A stretch of 62,807 nt of DNA, filler included, from Nitrospinota bacterium (lineage in GTDB: Bacteria > JAUXIQ01), in NCBI GenBank assembly GCA_030620925.1. It is 9 parts of 9 records of this genome, joined end to end, with 100 filler letters (N's around TTAATTAATTAA, not from the genome) between each part and the next. Parts side by side here need not be neighbours in the genome. Positions count along the whole stretch, not along the records: positions 26,384 to 33,306 come from JAUXIQ010000104.1; positions 33,407 to 39,215 come from JAUXIQ010000150.1; positions 39,316 to 46,495 come from JAUXIQ010000094.1; 6 more parts are not named here. One strand, given 5' to 3'. Within the stretch, counting starts at the first letter, position 1; each line of letters starts with the position of its first letter. The position numbers and the translations under genes are program-made. Below the pieces are notes generated by a model, which worked only from the letters and a program-made list of their open reading frames with translations, was not told where the DNA came from and searched no databases. Below are positions 31,201 through 39,838 of this stretch, piece by piece.

Positions 31201-31588
31201 ATAAGTCCACTTCGTTTATGAACCGCGGGCTGTGCTTGAAATAGCTGGCGGCGGCTTCCGCCGATATGGCGGCGAGCTCTTTACCGTGTCCGACCCACTG
31301 ATGAAGGTCAAGGAAAGCGAACACTTCTATTTCCATGACGATGGGGCTCGACTTGAAGTATTCCGTCGCACAGTCCCAGGAGCGCCCGGAAATGTTCCCC
31401 AGCTCAAACCCCAGGTTTGCCCACAACTCGAATTCCTTGAGGCTCAGCACGCGGGCCATGGCTGTAGAAGCCCGCTTGAACTCCACGTCCGCCCTGAAGG
31501 AAGACGACGAAAGCCTCTCGCTGACCTGCGCTATCTTCTCCTGGTAGGAGGAATCGAGGGGGGAGCCGGAGGAGCCGTGTTCGGTCAT
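28298..31588 (-). CDS. Large von Willebrand A domain protein of the CbbO/NorD type
   Basis: C-terminal YDEWD..YR, GEEIDID, MIDAS DVSAST, STRMGPAIRH, LSDGYPQD, YGIEDT; long helical N-terminal region. Confidence 0.88.
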   Translation of the reverse strand: MTEHGSSGSPLDSSYQEKIAQVSERLSSSSFRADVEFKRASTAMARVLSLKEFELWANLGFELGNISGRSWDCATEYFKSSPIVMEIEVFAFLDLHQWVGHGKELAAISAEAAASYFKHSPRFINEVDLWSLDKWVQLGRRLLDDHWKSSKLTSAYFRTSLECLPIFGLKGMEEWVKVAAALSSHSHDVGQRFLEDSRLWFAPLTDAEREKVLQISMAMAADDYTSIPKFFPLLELHQKKVKTEVRKPLYEICLNIAAQSAEDALAFLESAPLVLSRIESKDQIHLAALGSKLSDISWEAAMEYVNNLPEILATLPAHKVPPWFEAGMEVTTENAHAGTAYYAMESRRSQEEITRLQRTVHLEDINRLLNLYAEGLTARKLKIKKLEKESGLSATALPTTDGEYIQLPDKVAEYEDYTKNFKWYKVATAHQAGYYEYDTFCFSIRALKETGLGEIPRGLREKVARSERNDLEGFFQMFNEPSLASMLFRLMEDGRVDYLLRTNYRGLKRDMLPIMEHAMAERPPLRSLTPRRAALEMLLHITTLGEVRENLDPASEVFYNFIRGEVQRVFDADATVSDSALAAARVYPLIKKLPDMKGLRREIIEALAERLGNYDGDIDELLDMLLAEAEAGDTLEDLEGGDPYLLDVLEFRGDTKPEEVQKLMKLKEIKDNIDKLNEHGVPLPLDLLKELLKMGAEMDIIGMDEEDLDSSSGLFITNIDGLSEIPAYKKVKEMLEEEPETLQQLLYGDMGINDPLESIYYYDEWDHLIDDYRSKWCKLKELSPGDGDTQFVEETLKDNSEIINVIRRQFQLLRPEMFRKVKKLESGEEIDIDSAIQAVIDKRCNLTPSEKVYQRRDKRERDVSALFLLDVSASTDEEVEKNTPALPTADTSWKDDKYSNPGYARGGGGPPPPPEPSKKGKRIIDIEKEALILMAEALESIGDEYAVFGFSGYGRDNVEFFTIKEFPERYSDKVKGRIGAIRPQRSTRMGPAIRHAISKLDKADSRLKLLILLSDGYPQDFDYGKDRTSKEYGIEDTAKALHEAREKNIHPFLITVDPAGNDYLKDMCGKNDYMVIEKVSSLPQELLRTYRTLTYR

Positions 31589-31747
31589 TCTACGTTCCTC
31601 ATCTGTAGCATGGCGAAGCCTTCCGTTACGGCCGCCATCTCACGTCACTTTCGATGCTTAAAGACCCTGGAAAGATAGAATGGGGGGAGCTTCCCTCCCC
31701 CCATAACTGATTCGATTTTTATCCGGCGTCTTTCCGTCCCGTGCGGT

Positions 31748-32596
31748 TCAGAAGACGGTGGAGACCAGCTCGTCGATGGCCTTCTGAACTTCCTTCTCGT
31801 CGGTTATGGTGTTGGTAATGGCCACCTGGCAGGCTCGCAGCGGGTTTACGCCGCCGGCGATAAGCTGCCCGGTGTATATAAGAAGCCTGGTGCTGACTCC
31901 CTCTTCAAGGCCGTGTTCCTTAAGGTTTCTGACCTTTTCGCCCAGCTTGGCCAAATCAGCGGCCACCTCTATGTCCATACCGCTCTCGTGGGATATGATT
32001 TCCTTCTCTATATCAGCGGGCGGGTAATCGAATTCTATGGAGACAAACCTCTGGCGGGTGCTCTGCTTTATGTCCTTGAACACGCTCTGGTATCCGGGGT
32101 TGTAAGAGATGGCCATGAGGAAATCGGGATGCGCTTCTATTACCTGGTTCCTCTTCTCGATGGAGAGTATCCTCCTGTGGTCGGCCAGGGGGTGTATGAC
32201 CACCGTGGTGTCTTTCCTGGCTTCCACGATCTCATCCAGGTAGCAGATGGCCCCTGTTTTAACGGCTTTGGTGAGGGGGCCGTCAATCCAGACGGTCTCC
32301 TCGCCCTCCAGGAGATAGCGGCCCACCAGGTCGGAGGCGGTCAGGTCTTCATGGCAGGCTACGGTGATGAGCTGCGAGAAGGCTTCCCCATCGTCCCCCT
32401 CTTCATCCGGATAGAGCATGTAGGCCATATATTCGATGAAGCGCGTCTTGCCGCAGCCCGTGGGGCCCTTGAGCAGAAGCGGCAGCCGGGCCTCGTAGGC
32501 CGCGTTGAATATCTCTACTTCATCCTCCACCGCTATGTAGAAGGGTTCCTCGCGGATGCGGTATTCTTTGTATGTCTGTTCCTGTGCCTTGGCCAT
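31748..32596 (-). CDS. CbbQ/NirQ/NorQ family MoxR AAA+ ATPase
   Basis: [58 protein letters not shown]. Confidence 0.93.
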   Translation of the reverse strand: MAKAQEQTYKEYRIREEPFYIAVEDEVEIFNAAYEARLPLLLKGPTGCGKTRFIEYMAYMLYPDEEGDDGEAFSQLITVACHEDLTASDLVGRYLLEGEETVWIDGPLTKAVKTGAICYLDEIVEARKDTTVVIHPLADHRRILSIEKRNQVIEAHPDFLMAISYNPGYQSVFKDIKQSTRQRFVSIEFDYPPADIEKEIISHESGMDIEVAADLAKLGEKVRNLKEHGLEEGVSTRLLIYTGQLIAGGVNPLRACQVAITNTITDEKEVQKAIDELVSTVF

Positions 32597-32619
32597 TTCG
32601 TCTTCAACTGTTTAAAGAT

Positions 32620-33267
32620 TTATTTTGAGTTCTGGTAGATTTCCGCGCAGCAGCGACCGGCCCTGAGCTCCTCTATAAGGCCCTCTTCGGTGGTTACATT
32701 GTTCTGGAAGTTGGTGACGTATTTCCCCACCACTCTGAGGTTGTGTGCGTCGCTTCCACCGGTGGTGAACATTTCCATAAGCTCGGTAACCTCTGCGGCG
32801 AAACTGTTTTCCAATTCCGGCCTGTCGCCGTTGAGGGTCTCCACCCCGTGCACCAGCTTGAAAACTTTTTCCTCGCTGGCTTCTTCGGGGGTGATGCTGA
32901 GCCCGTATTCTTGCCTCAAGCGCACCGCATACCAGGGTTTGCGGAAGGGGTGTGCGGCGATAAGCACGCCTCCCACTTCGTCCACCACTTTGCGGAGGGT
33001 TTCCGCCCTCCAGATGCCGGGCACGTATTCATCCAGCCCGAAAGCGAGTATATGGCCGCAGTCCGTATTGACTTCCATGCCCCGAAATATCGGGAAATCA
33101 TGCTCGGCGGAAAGCTTCTCGATCTCCTCCCTGTTCCAGACGGCGTCGTGCTCGGTAATGCAGACTCCGTCCAGCCCGATGTTTTTAGCCTTCCGGATCA
33201 TGTCCGCCGGGTCTATCTCTCTGAATTAGGAGAAGGGATTTGTATGTATGTTAATGTCTATCAGCAT
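32620..33267 (-). CDS. PHP-domain metallophosphoesterase; apparent in-frame TAA at codon 14 (sequence error or pseudogene)
   Basis: ITEHD, GMEV..GHILAFG, AHPFR, GGSDAH. The N-terminus reads MLIDINIHTNPFS*FREIDPAD in frame with the ORF that starts at 33201. Confidence 0.8.
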
Positions 33268-33306
33268 TTTATATTTATATCCAGTCTAATTTCTAAAAAG
33301 TTTGTC

Positions 33307-33406
33307 NNNNNNNNNNNNNNNNNNNNNNNNNNNNNNNNNNNNNNNNNNNNTTAATTAATTAANNNNNNNNNNNNNNNNNNNNNNNNNNNNNNNNNNNNNN
33401 NNNNNN
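33307..33406. other. Artificial contig linker
   Basis: 44 N + TTAATTAATTAA + 44 N. Confidence 0.97.
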
Positions 33407-33407
33407 A

Positions 33408-34094
33408 ATCGGGGATGTTCCCACCGCCGCCGAGGAAGCGCTGGAAAAGGCGTTGAAAGAAACAGGTCTGTCTCGCCAGGATATAGAGTATGTGATTGCG
33501 ACAGGCATCGGCAAGGAGGACGTAGCTTTCGCCCAGGAAACCGCCTCCGACCTTACCTGCCACACCAAAGGCGCCCAGTTCGAGCTGCCCGGCGCCAGGA
33601 CCATCATAGACATGGGAGCGGAAAACTGCCGGATATCCCTTTGCGATGAGAGGGGCAAGCTGGTAGATTTCGCCATGAACGACAAGTGCGCGTCGGGAAC
33701 GGGGGTCTTCCTGGAAACCGTGGCAAAGATGATGGAGGTTCCGTTAGAAGAACTGGGGCCCCTGTCTCTCCAATCCGACGGCAATGTGAGCATAACCACC
33801 ATGTGCGCAGTGTTCGCGGAGTCGGAAGTTATCACCGAAGTGCACCGCGGAACTCCCCCCAAGGACATCATAAAAGGCTGCCACGATTCCATAGCATTGA
33901 GGACTACGGCCTTGCTCAAACGCACCGGTATGGAGCCGGACGTGGTCATGACCGGCGGTGCAGCCTTGAACGTCGGCATGGTGAGTTCCATTAAAAAACA
34001 GATAAACATGGAAGTTGTAGTTCCGCCCAACGCACAGATATCAGGAGCCATTGGGGCCGCTATAGTTGCCAGAGAAAAGAAAGGGGGAAACTAA
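33408..34094 (+). CDS. BadF/BadG/BcrA/BcrD ATPase, BzdP-like subunit of class I benzoyl-CoA reductase; 5' truncated
   Basis: ATGIGK, TCHTKG, IDMGAE, MNDKCASGTG, MCAVFAESE, TGGAALN; translationally coupled to a second activase. Confidence 0.8.
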   Translation: MGDVPTAAEEALEKALKETGLSRQDIEYVIATGIGKEDVAFAQETASDLTCHTKGAQFELPGARTIIDMGAENCRISLCDERGKLVDFAMNDKCASGTGVFLETVAKMMEVPLEELGPLSLQSDGNVSITTMCAVFAESEVITEVHRGTPPKDIIKGCHDSIALRTTALLKRTGMEPDVVMTGGAALNVGMVSSIKKQINMEVVVPPNAQISGAIGAAIVAREKKGGN

Positions 34095-34924
34095 TGATCA
34101 CTGCTGGTGTCGATATCGGCTCTCTCTCCGCCGATGTGGTGATCCTTAAGGATAACGAGATTCTAGGCTACAGCGTCATCAGGACCGGACCGGACAGCGC
34201 TCAGACCGCCCAGGCGGCCATGGACGTGGCTCTTGAGGATGCCGGAAGTAAGGGAAACGACCTGAAGATAGAAGACATGGACTACATCGTCTCGACAGGC
34301 TACGGTCGTGTTATAGTCCCTTTCGCTGAGAAAAACATCACGGAGATATCCTGCCACGCGAAAGGGGCCAATTGGTTCTTCCCAGGCGTGCGCACCATAC
34401 TGGATATGGGCGGGCAGGACTGCAAGGCCATAAAGTGCGACGAGACGGGAAAAGTCAAAAAGTTCCACATGAACGACAAATGCGCCGCGGGTACCGGCCG
34501 GTCCATGGAAGTTATGGCCGACCTGCTGAACATAAAGCTGGAGGAAATCGGCCCGCTCTCTCTGCACATCAAGGAGGAGCATGAGGTTCCCGTAATCAGC
34601 ACCATCTGCGTCATTTTCGCCAAGTCGGAGGTGCTGTCTCTGGTGCGCAAGGGCCTGCCCGTGGAGAACGTGCTGGCCGGCCTGTGTGAGGCCACGGCCA
34701 AGCGGGTGAAGACGCAGATCAACGTAGTGGGCGCAGAAGACGAGTTCGTCATCAGCGGCGGCATCGCCAAGAACAAAGGCGTTGTCGAGCGGGTGGAAGA
34801 ACTGGTGAACATGAAAGCCCAGATATGCTTCGAACCACAGATAGTAGGCGCCCTGGGCGCGGCCGTGTTCGCCAGGGAACGGTACGAGAAACAGATGGAA
34901 AAAGAGGCCACTGCTCAGACGTAA
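34094..34924 (+). CDS. BadF/BadG/BcrA/BcrD ATPase, BzdQ-like subunit of class I benzoyl-CoA reductase
   Basis: GVDIGS, STGYGR, EISCHAKG, DMGGQDCK, MNDKCAAGTGR, CVIFAKSE, SGGIAKN. Confidence 0.82.
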   Translation: MITAGVDIGSLSADVVILKDNEILGYSVIRTGPDSAQTAQAAMDVALEDAGSKGNDLKIEDMDYIVSTGYGRVIVPFAEKNITEISCHAKGANWFFPGVRTILDMGGQDCKAIKCDETGKVKKFHMNDKCAAGTGRSMEVMADLLNIKLEEIGPLSLHIKEEHEVPVISTICVIFAKSEVLSLVRKGLPVENVLAGLCEATAKRVKTQINVVGAEDEFVISGGIAKNKGVVERVEELVNMKAQICFEPQIVGALGAAVFARERYEKQMEKEATAQT

Positions 34925-35016
34925 AGAGCGGTTGCTCGATTTACACCGAACGCCTTATTCTCTGGCAGACGGTGAGAGTGAGGCCGCTATAAAGCCGATG
35001 GGAAACGAGGTGCAGG

Positions 35017-35292
35017 ATGTTAGTGCACTACGGTTATACAGACGCCAGCGGCGATTACCGCATCAGCATCGATCAGGACGTGTGTGACGGTTGCGGCAAA
35101 TGCGTCGACGTATGCCCCGAAGAACTGTTCATGATAGAAGAGGACGATTACGACCGGGAAGTAGCCATGATAAAAGACGATCTCATCCGGCAGATAGGCT
35201 ATCGCTGCCCCGGCTACCAGCGCTGCAAGGATAAGATAGGGGAGACGTGTCAAGAGGTTTGCCCCCATGACATAATCTCCCTTACCTGGTGA
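35017..35292 (+). CDS. Ferredoxin resembling BzdM (benzoyl-CoA reductase-associated)
   Basis: HYGYTDASGDYRISID N-terminus, CDGCGKCVDVCP, second C..C..CQEVCP set, C-terminal LTW. Confidence 0.8.
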   Translation: MLVHYGYTDASGDYRISIDQDVCDGCGKCVDVCPEELFMIEEDDYDREVAMIKDDLIRQIGYRCPGYQRCKDKIGETCQEVCPHDIISLTW

Positions 35293-35322
35293 TACCCTGC
35301 TGAAATTGAATGTAAAACGTCC

Positions 35323-35354
35323 AAAAGGGCGGCGATTTTTCGCCGCCCTTTTTT
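35323..35354 (+). terminator. Intrinsic terminator after the ferredoxin gene
   Basis: AAAAGGGCGGCGA-TTTT-TCGCCGCCCTTTTTT. Confidence 0.88.
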
Positions 35355-35394
35355 ATGAACCCGATTGAATTTCTCAGACTCGAGGTAAAAACAC

Positions 35395-35422
35395 TTGCAT
35401 GGAGCAACACATTAACTATAAT
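35395..35422 (+). promoter_or_regulatory. Putative sigma70 promoter of the CoA ligase gene
   Basis: TTGCAT-16 nt-TATAAT, about 85 nt upstream of the ATG, which has a GAGGAGG RBS. Confidence 0.55.
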
Positions 35423-35505
35423 CTTGTGTCTGCTTAAGAATAAACCTCTACCCCGGGATACATCTGCTTTTTCATAACCACCGAGACTCGAGGAGGAAAA
35501 CCGTT

Positions 35506-37038
35506 ATGGGCATGGAGGATGCTCTGGTATACACGCAAGGCGGTCTGCTCAAGGAGCGTGCCGAGCGCTTCGGGGACAAACCGATATACTACTTCAAAGA
35601 CCGGAAAGTCGGCTATCAGGAGTTTCATGAGAAGACCGACGTTATAGCAAAAGGCCTGGAAAAGATCGGCGTGGGAAAGGGAGACCGGGTGGGGATACTT
35701 CTACCCAACTGTCACGAAGTTGTGGAATCCTATTACGGTATCTGGAAGAGCGGCGGCATATCCGTTTCGCTGAACCCCCTGTATATCGAGAGGGAAATCG
35801 AATACGTAATCAACGACTCAGGAGCGAAATATCTCATCACCTCAGACATCTTCAGGGACAGGGTGGAGGCGACCAGAGCCAACATGTCCTCCCTGGAGGG
35901 GGTGATTATGGTGAGCCCTGAAACGATCCCCGACACCATCCCCTACGCTGAGATCGCAGAAGGTTCAGAGCGCATCGGTGACAAAGGGATAAAACCCGGC
36001 GACGCGGCGCAGATAATGTATACCTCAGGCACCACGGGCAGCCCCAAGGGCGCGGTGCTTCCCCATAACGGAATTATCGCCACCGTTTCCGCGATCTCCG
36101 ATTTCGGTTATTTCCTGGAAGAAGACTGCACCCTGTGCGCCCTGCCATTTTTCCACCTGTTCGCCGTCCTTGTCTTCGTGGGCCACCTTTACGCCGGCGG
36201 CAGGGGGGTTGTCATTCACGAGCGCTTCGACCCGGAGGCGGTCCTGCAGGATTTCAGCAAATACGGCGTCTCGGTTTTTTACGGCGTGCCCACCATGTAT
36301 TCGTTTCTGCTGGATTCCTATGACGCCTCAAGGCACGACGTGAGCAAAATTAGACTGGGAGTGGTGGGTGCAGCGCCCGTGCCCGTGCCCGTAATGCGTG
36401 AAATAGAAGAAAAGTTCGACATGACCATCCTCGAAGGGTTCGGGCAAACGGAGTCCTGCGGCGGGTGTTCAATAGAACGCCTCGATAGGGAACGCAAGGA
36501 GGGCTCCTGCGGCATTCCGGCGGACGGCATAGATGTAAAGATCGTGGATGAAAACGACAATGAAGTACCTCACGGTGAAGTGGGTGAGCTTATTATGCGC
36601 GGGCCGCTGATAATGAAAGAATACTGGAACAAACCCGAGGAGACCGCCAAGACCCTTCGAAACGGCTGGCTGCACACCGGCGACCTGGCGCGCCGTGATG
36701 AAGACGGCTACTTGTACATCGTGGATCGGCTGAAGGACATGATCATAACCGGCGGATTCAACATCTACCCGAAGGAGATAGAAGACGTCCTCTACTCCCA
36801 TCCAGCAGTCCTGGAAGCCACCGTCATAGGGGCTCCCGACGCCGTTAAGGGGGAACTGGCCAAGGCATACATAGTGCTCAAAGAAGGGGAGAGCGCCACC
36901 GAAGAGGAGTTTGACGATTTCTGCCGCCAGCGACTGGCCTCCTACAAAGTCCCCCGCACCTACGAATTCAGGGACACCCCTCTACCCAAAAACCCCCAGG
37001 GGAAAATACTGAAGCGTGTTCTGCGCGACGAATTGTAG
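35506..37038 (+). CDS. AMP-forming acyl-CoA synthetase (long-chain-fatty-acid-CoA ligase family)
   Basis: YTSGTTGSPKG, GFGQTE, WLHTGDL, DRLKDMIITGGFNIYPKEIE, PKNPQGK. Confidence 0.92.
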   Translation: MGMEDALVYTQGGLLKERAERFGDKPIYYFKDRKVGYQEFHEKTDVIAKGLEKIGVGKGDRVGILLPNCHEVVESYYGIWKSGGISVSLNPLYIEREIEYVINDSGAKYLITSDIFRDRVEATRANMSSLEGVIMVSPETIPDTIPYAEIAEGSERIGDKGIKPGDAAQIMYTSGTTGSPKGAVLPHNGIIATVSAISDFGYFLEEDCTLCALPFFHLFAVLVFVGHLYAGGRGVVIHERFDPEAVLQDFSKYGVSVFYGVPTMYSFLLDSYDASRHDVSKIRLGVVGAAPVPVPVMREIEEKFDMTILEGFGQTESCGGCSIERLDRERKEGSCGIPADGIDVKIVDENDNEVPHGEVGELIMRGPLIMKEYWNKPEETAKTLRNGWLHTGDLARRDEDGYLYIVDRLKDMIITGGFNIYPKEIEDVLYSHPAVLEATVIGAPDAVKGELAKAYIVLKEGESATEEEFDDFCRQRLASYKVPRTYEFRDTPLPKNPQGKILKRVLRDEL

Positions 37039-37053
37039 TAACAACCCCTTATC

Positions 37054-37092
37054 TAGAGACATCCCGCGGCGCGGGACATGAATTGTCTCTAC
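37054..37092. repeat. REP palindrome with an internal palindromic insert
   Basis: TAGAGACA-[TCCCGCGGCGCGGGA]-CATGAATTGTCTCTAC; same family as 27321-27348; lies between convergent genes. Confidence 0.75.
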
Positions 37093-37112
37093 GAGGGAGG
37101 TGCGAAAAGTGT

Positions 37113-38648
37113 TCACCTTTCGCGCCGCGCCTTGCCCATCAGCACGGCGGGCACCAGTGCTATAAGGGTTGCCAGCGTGATAAAGATAAAGCCGTCCTGA
37201 AATGCGCTCACCACGGCTTCTCGCCTTACCACCCCTTCCAGAACGGAAATGGCCAGACCTTTAGCGTTTGCAGGTGCGTGGCCGATGCTTGAGAAGAAGG
37301 ATTGAAGCTGCGAAATGGCGCTCATCGTGGCCGGCGAGCTATAATTTTGCTCTGACGCATAATTCGCGTAATGGATGAGCTCCTGCTTATCCAGCAGCGT
37401 TCCCAGTACGGCTATTGAGAACATACCACCCAGGGAAAAGGAGAGGTTCAGCATTCCCGAGGCCATGGTAGTGAGCCGCGCGGAGAGGGTGGTGAGCGCC
37501 CCGGACATCATGGGAGGAAGCGACAGGCCGTAACCCACCCCGCGAAGCACCATCACCAGACCCAGGGCCGTAAAGCTCACCCGGGTATCATTGAAACTGA
37601 AGGCATAGCAGAAGAGCGCCCAGAGGGTTATCCCTATCAGCAATGGAAGCCGGGGGGTGTACTTATCGGCTATGGGGCCGGACATGCGGCCGAAGAAAAC
37701 GGAAATCATAACCCCTATAACTATAATCACCGCCGAGCGGAGCACACTGTATCCCAGGACCTTCTGCATAAAGAGGGGCATGAGGAAGTTCGTGCCGTAA
37801 AGGCTGATGCCGATTATAAAAGTAATTATGGTCCCCGCCACGAAAAACTTGTCCTTGAACAGCGCAAACTCCACCAGAGGGCGCTCAGCTTTCATTTCCA
37901 CGAATATCCACGCAGCGAAAGATATAACGAAAGTGGTAAGCAAACCGAGTATGTAGTTGGAGTTCCACCCCTCAACTCTCCCCTCGCTCAGCGCCAGAAG
38001 CAGGGTAACGATGGCTAGTGAGATCAGGGCGAAGCCGACGTAATCGAACTTTTCTACGACCCTGTCAACGTCTTTTTTCAGGAAGAGAACGCATACGACG
38101 AGGCCAAACAACGCCAGCGGCGTGTTAATATAAAATATGAGCCGCCAGCTGAAATTGTCCGCTACATAACCTCCCAAAAGCGGCCCGACTGAACCCCCCA
38201 GGCTGTTGGCAATGCTCCAGTAGGCCATCCCCTTGCCCCGCTCCTCGGCCGGGTAGAGGATTGCCACCATGGCCACCGCCATCGACATCAGAATACCCGC
38301 CCCCACCCCCTGTATGACCATATATATGATGAGCGCGTTTATGCTCCAGGCGCTTCCGCTCAGAAAAGTCATGATAGTGTAGATCAAAAAACCCAAAAAG
38401 AACATATTCCTGAGGCCCGCCGCCCGGCCCAGCCAGCCGGCCAGGGGAAGGAGTACGCTGGTGCTGACCAGCATGGCGGTCAAGACCCATTTGATGGTCT
38501 CCATGTCGACGCCGAAGGCGGTCTGAATCTGAGGGAAAGAAACGCTTATCACCGTGAAATGAAACACGAGGAGGAAAGAGCTGAGCATCACCACCAGGGT
38601 GGCCTTCTTGCGGTAGGCTATATCCAAGGTCTCCGACCTTACTTGCAT
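37113..38648 (-). CDS. DHA2 (EmrB/QacA) family MFS transporter
   Basis: 14-TM pattern, WVLT, GPLLGGY, WRLIFYINTPL, AFQDGF. Start set at ATG 38648 after GAGGTG. Confidence 0.9.
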   Translation of the reverse strand: MQVRSETLDIAYRKKATLVVMLSSFLLVFHFTVISVSFPQIQTAFGVDMETIKWVLTAMLVSTSVLLPLAGWLGRAAGLRNMFFLGFLIYTIMTFLSGSAWSINALIIYMVIQGVGAGILMSMAVAMVAILYPAEERGKGMAYWSIANSLGGSVGPLLGGYVADNFSWRLIFYINTPLALFGLVVCVLFLKKDVDRVVEKFDYVGFALISLAIVTLLLALSEGRVEGWNSNYILGLLTTFVISFAAWIFVEMKAERPLVEFALFKDKFFVAGTIITFIIGISLYGTNFLMPLFMQKVLGYSVLRSAVIIVIGVMISVFFGRMSGPIADKYTPRLPLLIGITLWALFCYAFSFNDTRVSFTALGLVMVLRGVGYGLSLPPMMSGALTTLSARLTTMASGMLNLSFSLGGMFSIAVLGTLLDKQELIHYANYASEQNYSSPATMSAISQLQSFFSSIGHAPANAKGLAISVLEGVVRREAVVSAFQDGFIFITLATLIALVPAVLMGKARRER

Positions 38649-38774
38649 TCGCACCTCTTTTGCCCCCCCGGCTCCTTTCAACCGGGGGGTTCTCAGCCTG
38701 GGGGGGCACACTGCTATGCGCAGATTAAAACGCGGGGGAGTATGGCTCGCCCGTCGAGCCGACCGGCTAAGATA

Positions 38775-39215
38775 TTACGCGTTTTTGAAATTCGCTTTCC
38801 TGCGTTCAGTAAATGCCCTGGGGCCTTCAACGGTATCCTCCATGCCGAACAGGTTCTGCTCCAACGCATGGGCGAAGGCCAGTCCCTCCGAAGGCGGCAT
38901 GTAGAAACCACGATATAGAATCTCCTTCAGGTTCTGCACGCATCGCGGGCCCAGGTAGCACATTCGCTCCGCCCACTCATTAACCTCCTCCATGAGCTTC
39001 TCCTTGGGCACCACGCGGTTAATCCAACCTATCTCGTAGCCACGCTGCGCGGTTATCCTCTTGTCCCCCCACAGGACTATCTCCAGGGCGTGGCCCAGGC
39101 TGAGCTGTCGGGTGAGGTCCACCACCCAGTAGGCGGGGAGGTTCCACATGGTCTCGGAGATACCCAGTTCGGCGTGCTCAGCGGCTATTCTGACGTCGCA
39201 CTCCTGACCCAGTAA
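38775..39215 (-). CDS. Enoyl-CoA hydratase/isomerase family protein, 5' truncated
   Basis: QECDVRIAAEHAELGISE, ITAQRGYEIGWINRVVP, EDTVEGPRAFTERRK. Confidence 0.85.
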   Translation of the reverse strand, partial: LLGQECDVRIAAEHAELGISETMWNLPAYWVVDLTRQLSLGHALEIVLWGDKRITAQRGYEIGWINRVVPKEKLMEEVNEWAERMCYLGPRCVQNLKEILYRGFYMPPSEGLAFAHALEQNLFGMEDTVEGPRAFTERRKANFKNA

Positions 39216-39315
39216 NNNNNNNNNNNNNNNNNNNNNNNNNNNNNNNNNNNNNNNNNNNNTTAATTAATTAANNNNNNNNNNNNNNNNNNNNNNNNNNNNN
39301 NNNNNNNNNNNNNNN
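39216..39315. other. Artificial contig linker
   Basis: 44 N + TTAATTAATTAA + 44 N. Confidence 0.97.
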
Positions 39316-39838
39316 ACATTATCCAATTTTTCTAATATAACCTTTGAATCAGACTGAATTGCATCCAATCTATTACGGGCTTTTCGGCCTTCATTCGTAA
39401 TATTATCTGCCATCATAGTCTCCATTCCGCTTTTTAATCATGATTATTATCTTTAACTGTAAACATCTTCGTGTACCTATTATAAAGTTAATACAACGGA
39501 AAGATTATAAGCATCTTATTAAGAGCCAAGAATTCACTGTTCTTGATTCTTGCTATTCCTTTAATGGCTTTAATTTGGTGAAGTGGCAAGAAATCCCTTT
39601 TGAGTGTTGACGAGTATAGGAAAAAAGCGCTTATGTGTCAAACGTTAAAGTGAATAGCTTCTGAACCGTGAAAAATAGATAATGTCTATTCTTATGAAAT
39701 TCCATGAAAGCTAAATCACTGATATCCTTAGAAACAATCAAAGGAATTGCAATTCCCTGCTCCTGTGTTAGAATTGTGGCCGAAATTCATGGACCGCAGG
39801 GTCCAGGCAAAAAACACCACAAGAAGAGGAAACGGGCG

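Noticed and set aside
31682-31701. GGGGGAG/CTCCCCC hairpin between the ATPase and VWA genes
   Set aside because: No clear U-tract on the coding strand; not called as a terminator.
31748-32596. Calling the ATPase cbbQ (Calvin cycle) or norQ (denitrification)
   Set aside because: No Rubisco or NO reductase gene on the contig; the family is shared by many systems.
27652-35292. Single operon linking CbbQ/VWA/PHP with benzoyl-CoA reductase
   Set aside because: The two parts are separated by an artificial linker; adjacency is not evidence.
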